The notes beneath the pieces were generated by a model. It searched no databases and was not told the DNA's origin. It worked only from the letters and a program-made list of their open reading frames with translations. 39,414 nt of DNA, taken from IMG/VR virus record IMGVR_UViG_3300026557_000001; one strand, given 5' to 3'. Source of the stretch: a virus. Shown piece after piece: positions 39,108 to 39,414 of this stretch. Positions within the stretch are counted from its first letter, which is position 1. Each line of letters begins with the position of its first letter. Made by a program: the position numbers and the translations under genes.

Positions 39108-39414
39108 CTAAAACCTCCTGGGCTTCAGCGGAGGGAAACCCGCTACTCCGTGAACCTTCGTCATGGCATCGAAGGTCGAATCCCCCCCCTTTACGCCATG
39201 TCTCCCGAGATGGGATACATGCTCCGTGCTCACGGGAATATTTTGGTGGTGATTTGGCAACCAGAGAATGCCTTCCCGCTCCAGCCGCTCCAATACCGCT
39301 TCCGCATCGCAGGAACCGTCCATTTCCACTACGCCTATAACCGTTTGATTCTTCGGGTCGTCACCTTCCGCGCTCCATCCGTGCGTGCGCGCTCCAGAGA
39401 CTCCCGGAATAAAT
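39108..39414 (-). CDS. 3' part of the junction-spanning gene (see 1..180)
   Basis: The frame of ORF 39108..39329 stays open to the window end and continues at 128..180 after the repeat is collapsed. Confidence 0.55.
   Translation of the reverse strand, partial: FIPGVSGARTHGWSAEGDDPKNQTVIGVVEMDGSCDAEAVLERLEREGILWLPNHHQNIPVSTEHVSHLGRHGVKGGDSTFDAMTKVHGVAGFPPLKPRRF
39288..39414. repeat. Terminal direct repeat, copy 2 (identical to 1..127)
   Basis: Exact 127-nt identity with the first 127 bases. This length equals a common assembler k-mer size. Confidence 0.95.

Overview
The window is a single complete tailed-phage (Caudoviricetes) genome. Bases 1-127 are repeated exactly at 39288-39414, so the unique length is about 39,287 bp, and one gene runs across the join. 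Coding density is very high.

Gene layout: two divergent arms start from a switch region at about 16.8-16.95 kb.
- The plus arm (about 16.96-28.74 kb) carries roughly 37 small early or middle genes. Recognisable products are a Vsr/DUF559-like endonuclease, a zinc-ribbon-containing recombination-type protein, two HNH endonucleases, a Dam-type N6-adenine methyltransferase, an HTH_36 replication-initiator-like protein with internal iterons, and a RyR-domain protein. The rest are mostly small CxxC proteins.
- The minus arm runs from 16.79 kb down through base 1 and wraps round to 28.89 kb. In order it carries a ribbon-helix-helix regulator that is missing from the ORF track, a poorly coding stretch of about 750 bp, and two zinc-ribbon proteins. 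Next come a three-enzyme glycan-tailoring cassette, large terminase, portal, scaffold, major capsid, and T7 gp11/gp12-like tail-tube genes. It ends with an FN3-like protein, three ejection-type proteins, two large beta-rich fibre or spike proteins that both start with Sec-type signal peptides, and a split lysis cassette (GH73 endolysin, hidden 37-aa membrane ORF, 2-TM holin candidate).

Not found: rRNA, a complete tRNA, a CRISPR array, an integrase, a DNA polymerase, a helicase or a primase.

Gene boundaries: start and stop codons overlap throughout (ATGA, GTGA, TTGA, TGATG). Following these overlaps exposes about nine plausible genes below the 60-aa cut-off of the ORF track.

Most interesting observations:
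- the glycan cassette in the late arm
- the signal-peptide-bearing fibre proteins
- the tRNA 3'-half-like fragment and the adjacent non-coding region
- the divergent-promoter switch with a recurring CGAAAT/ATTTCG palindrome
- the lambda-O-like iterons inside the initiator gene

All functional calls rest on motif recognition by eye and on gene order. No database search was run.
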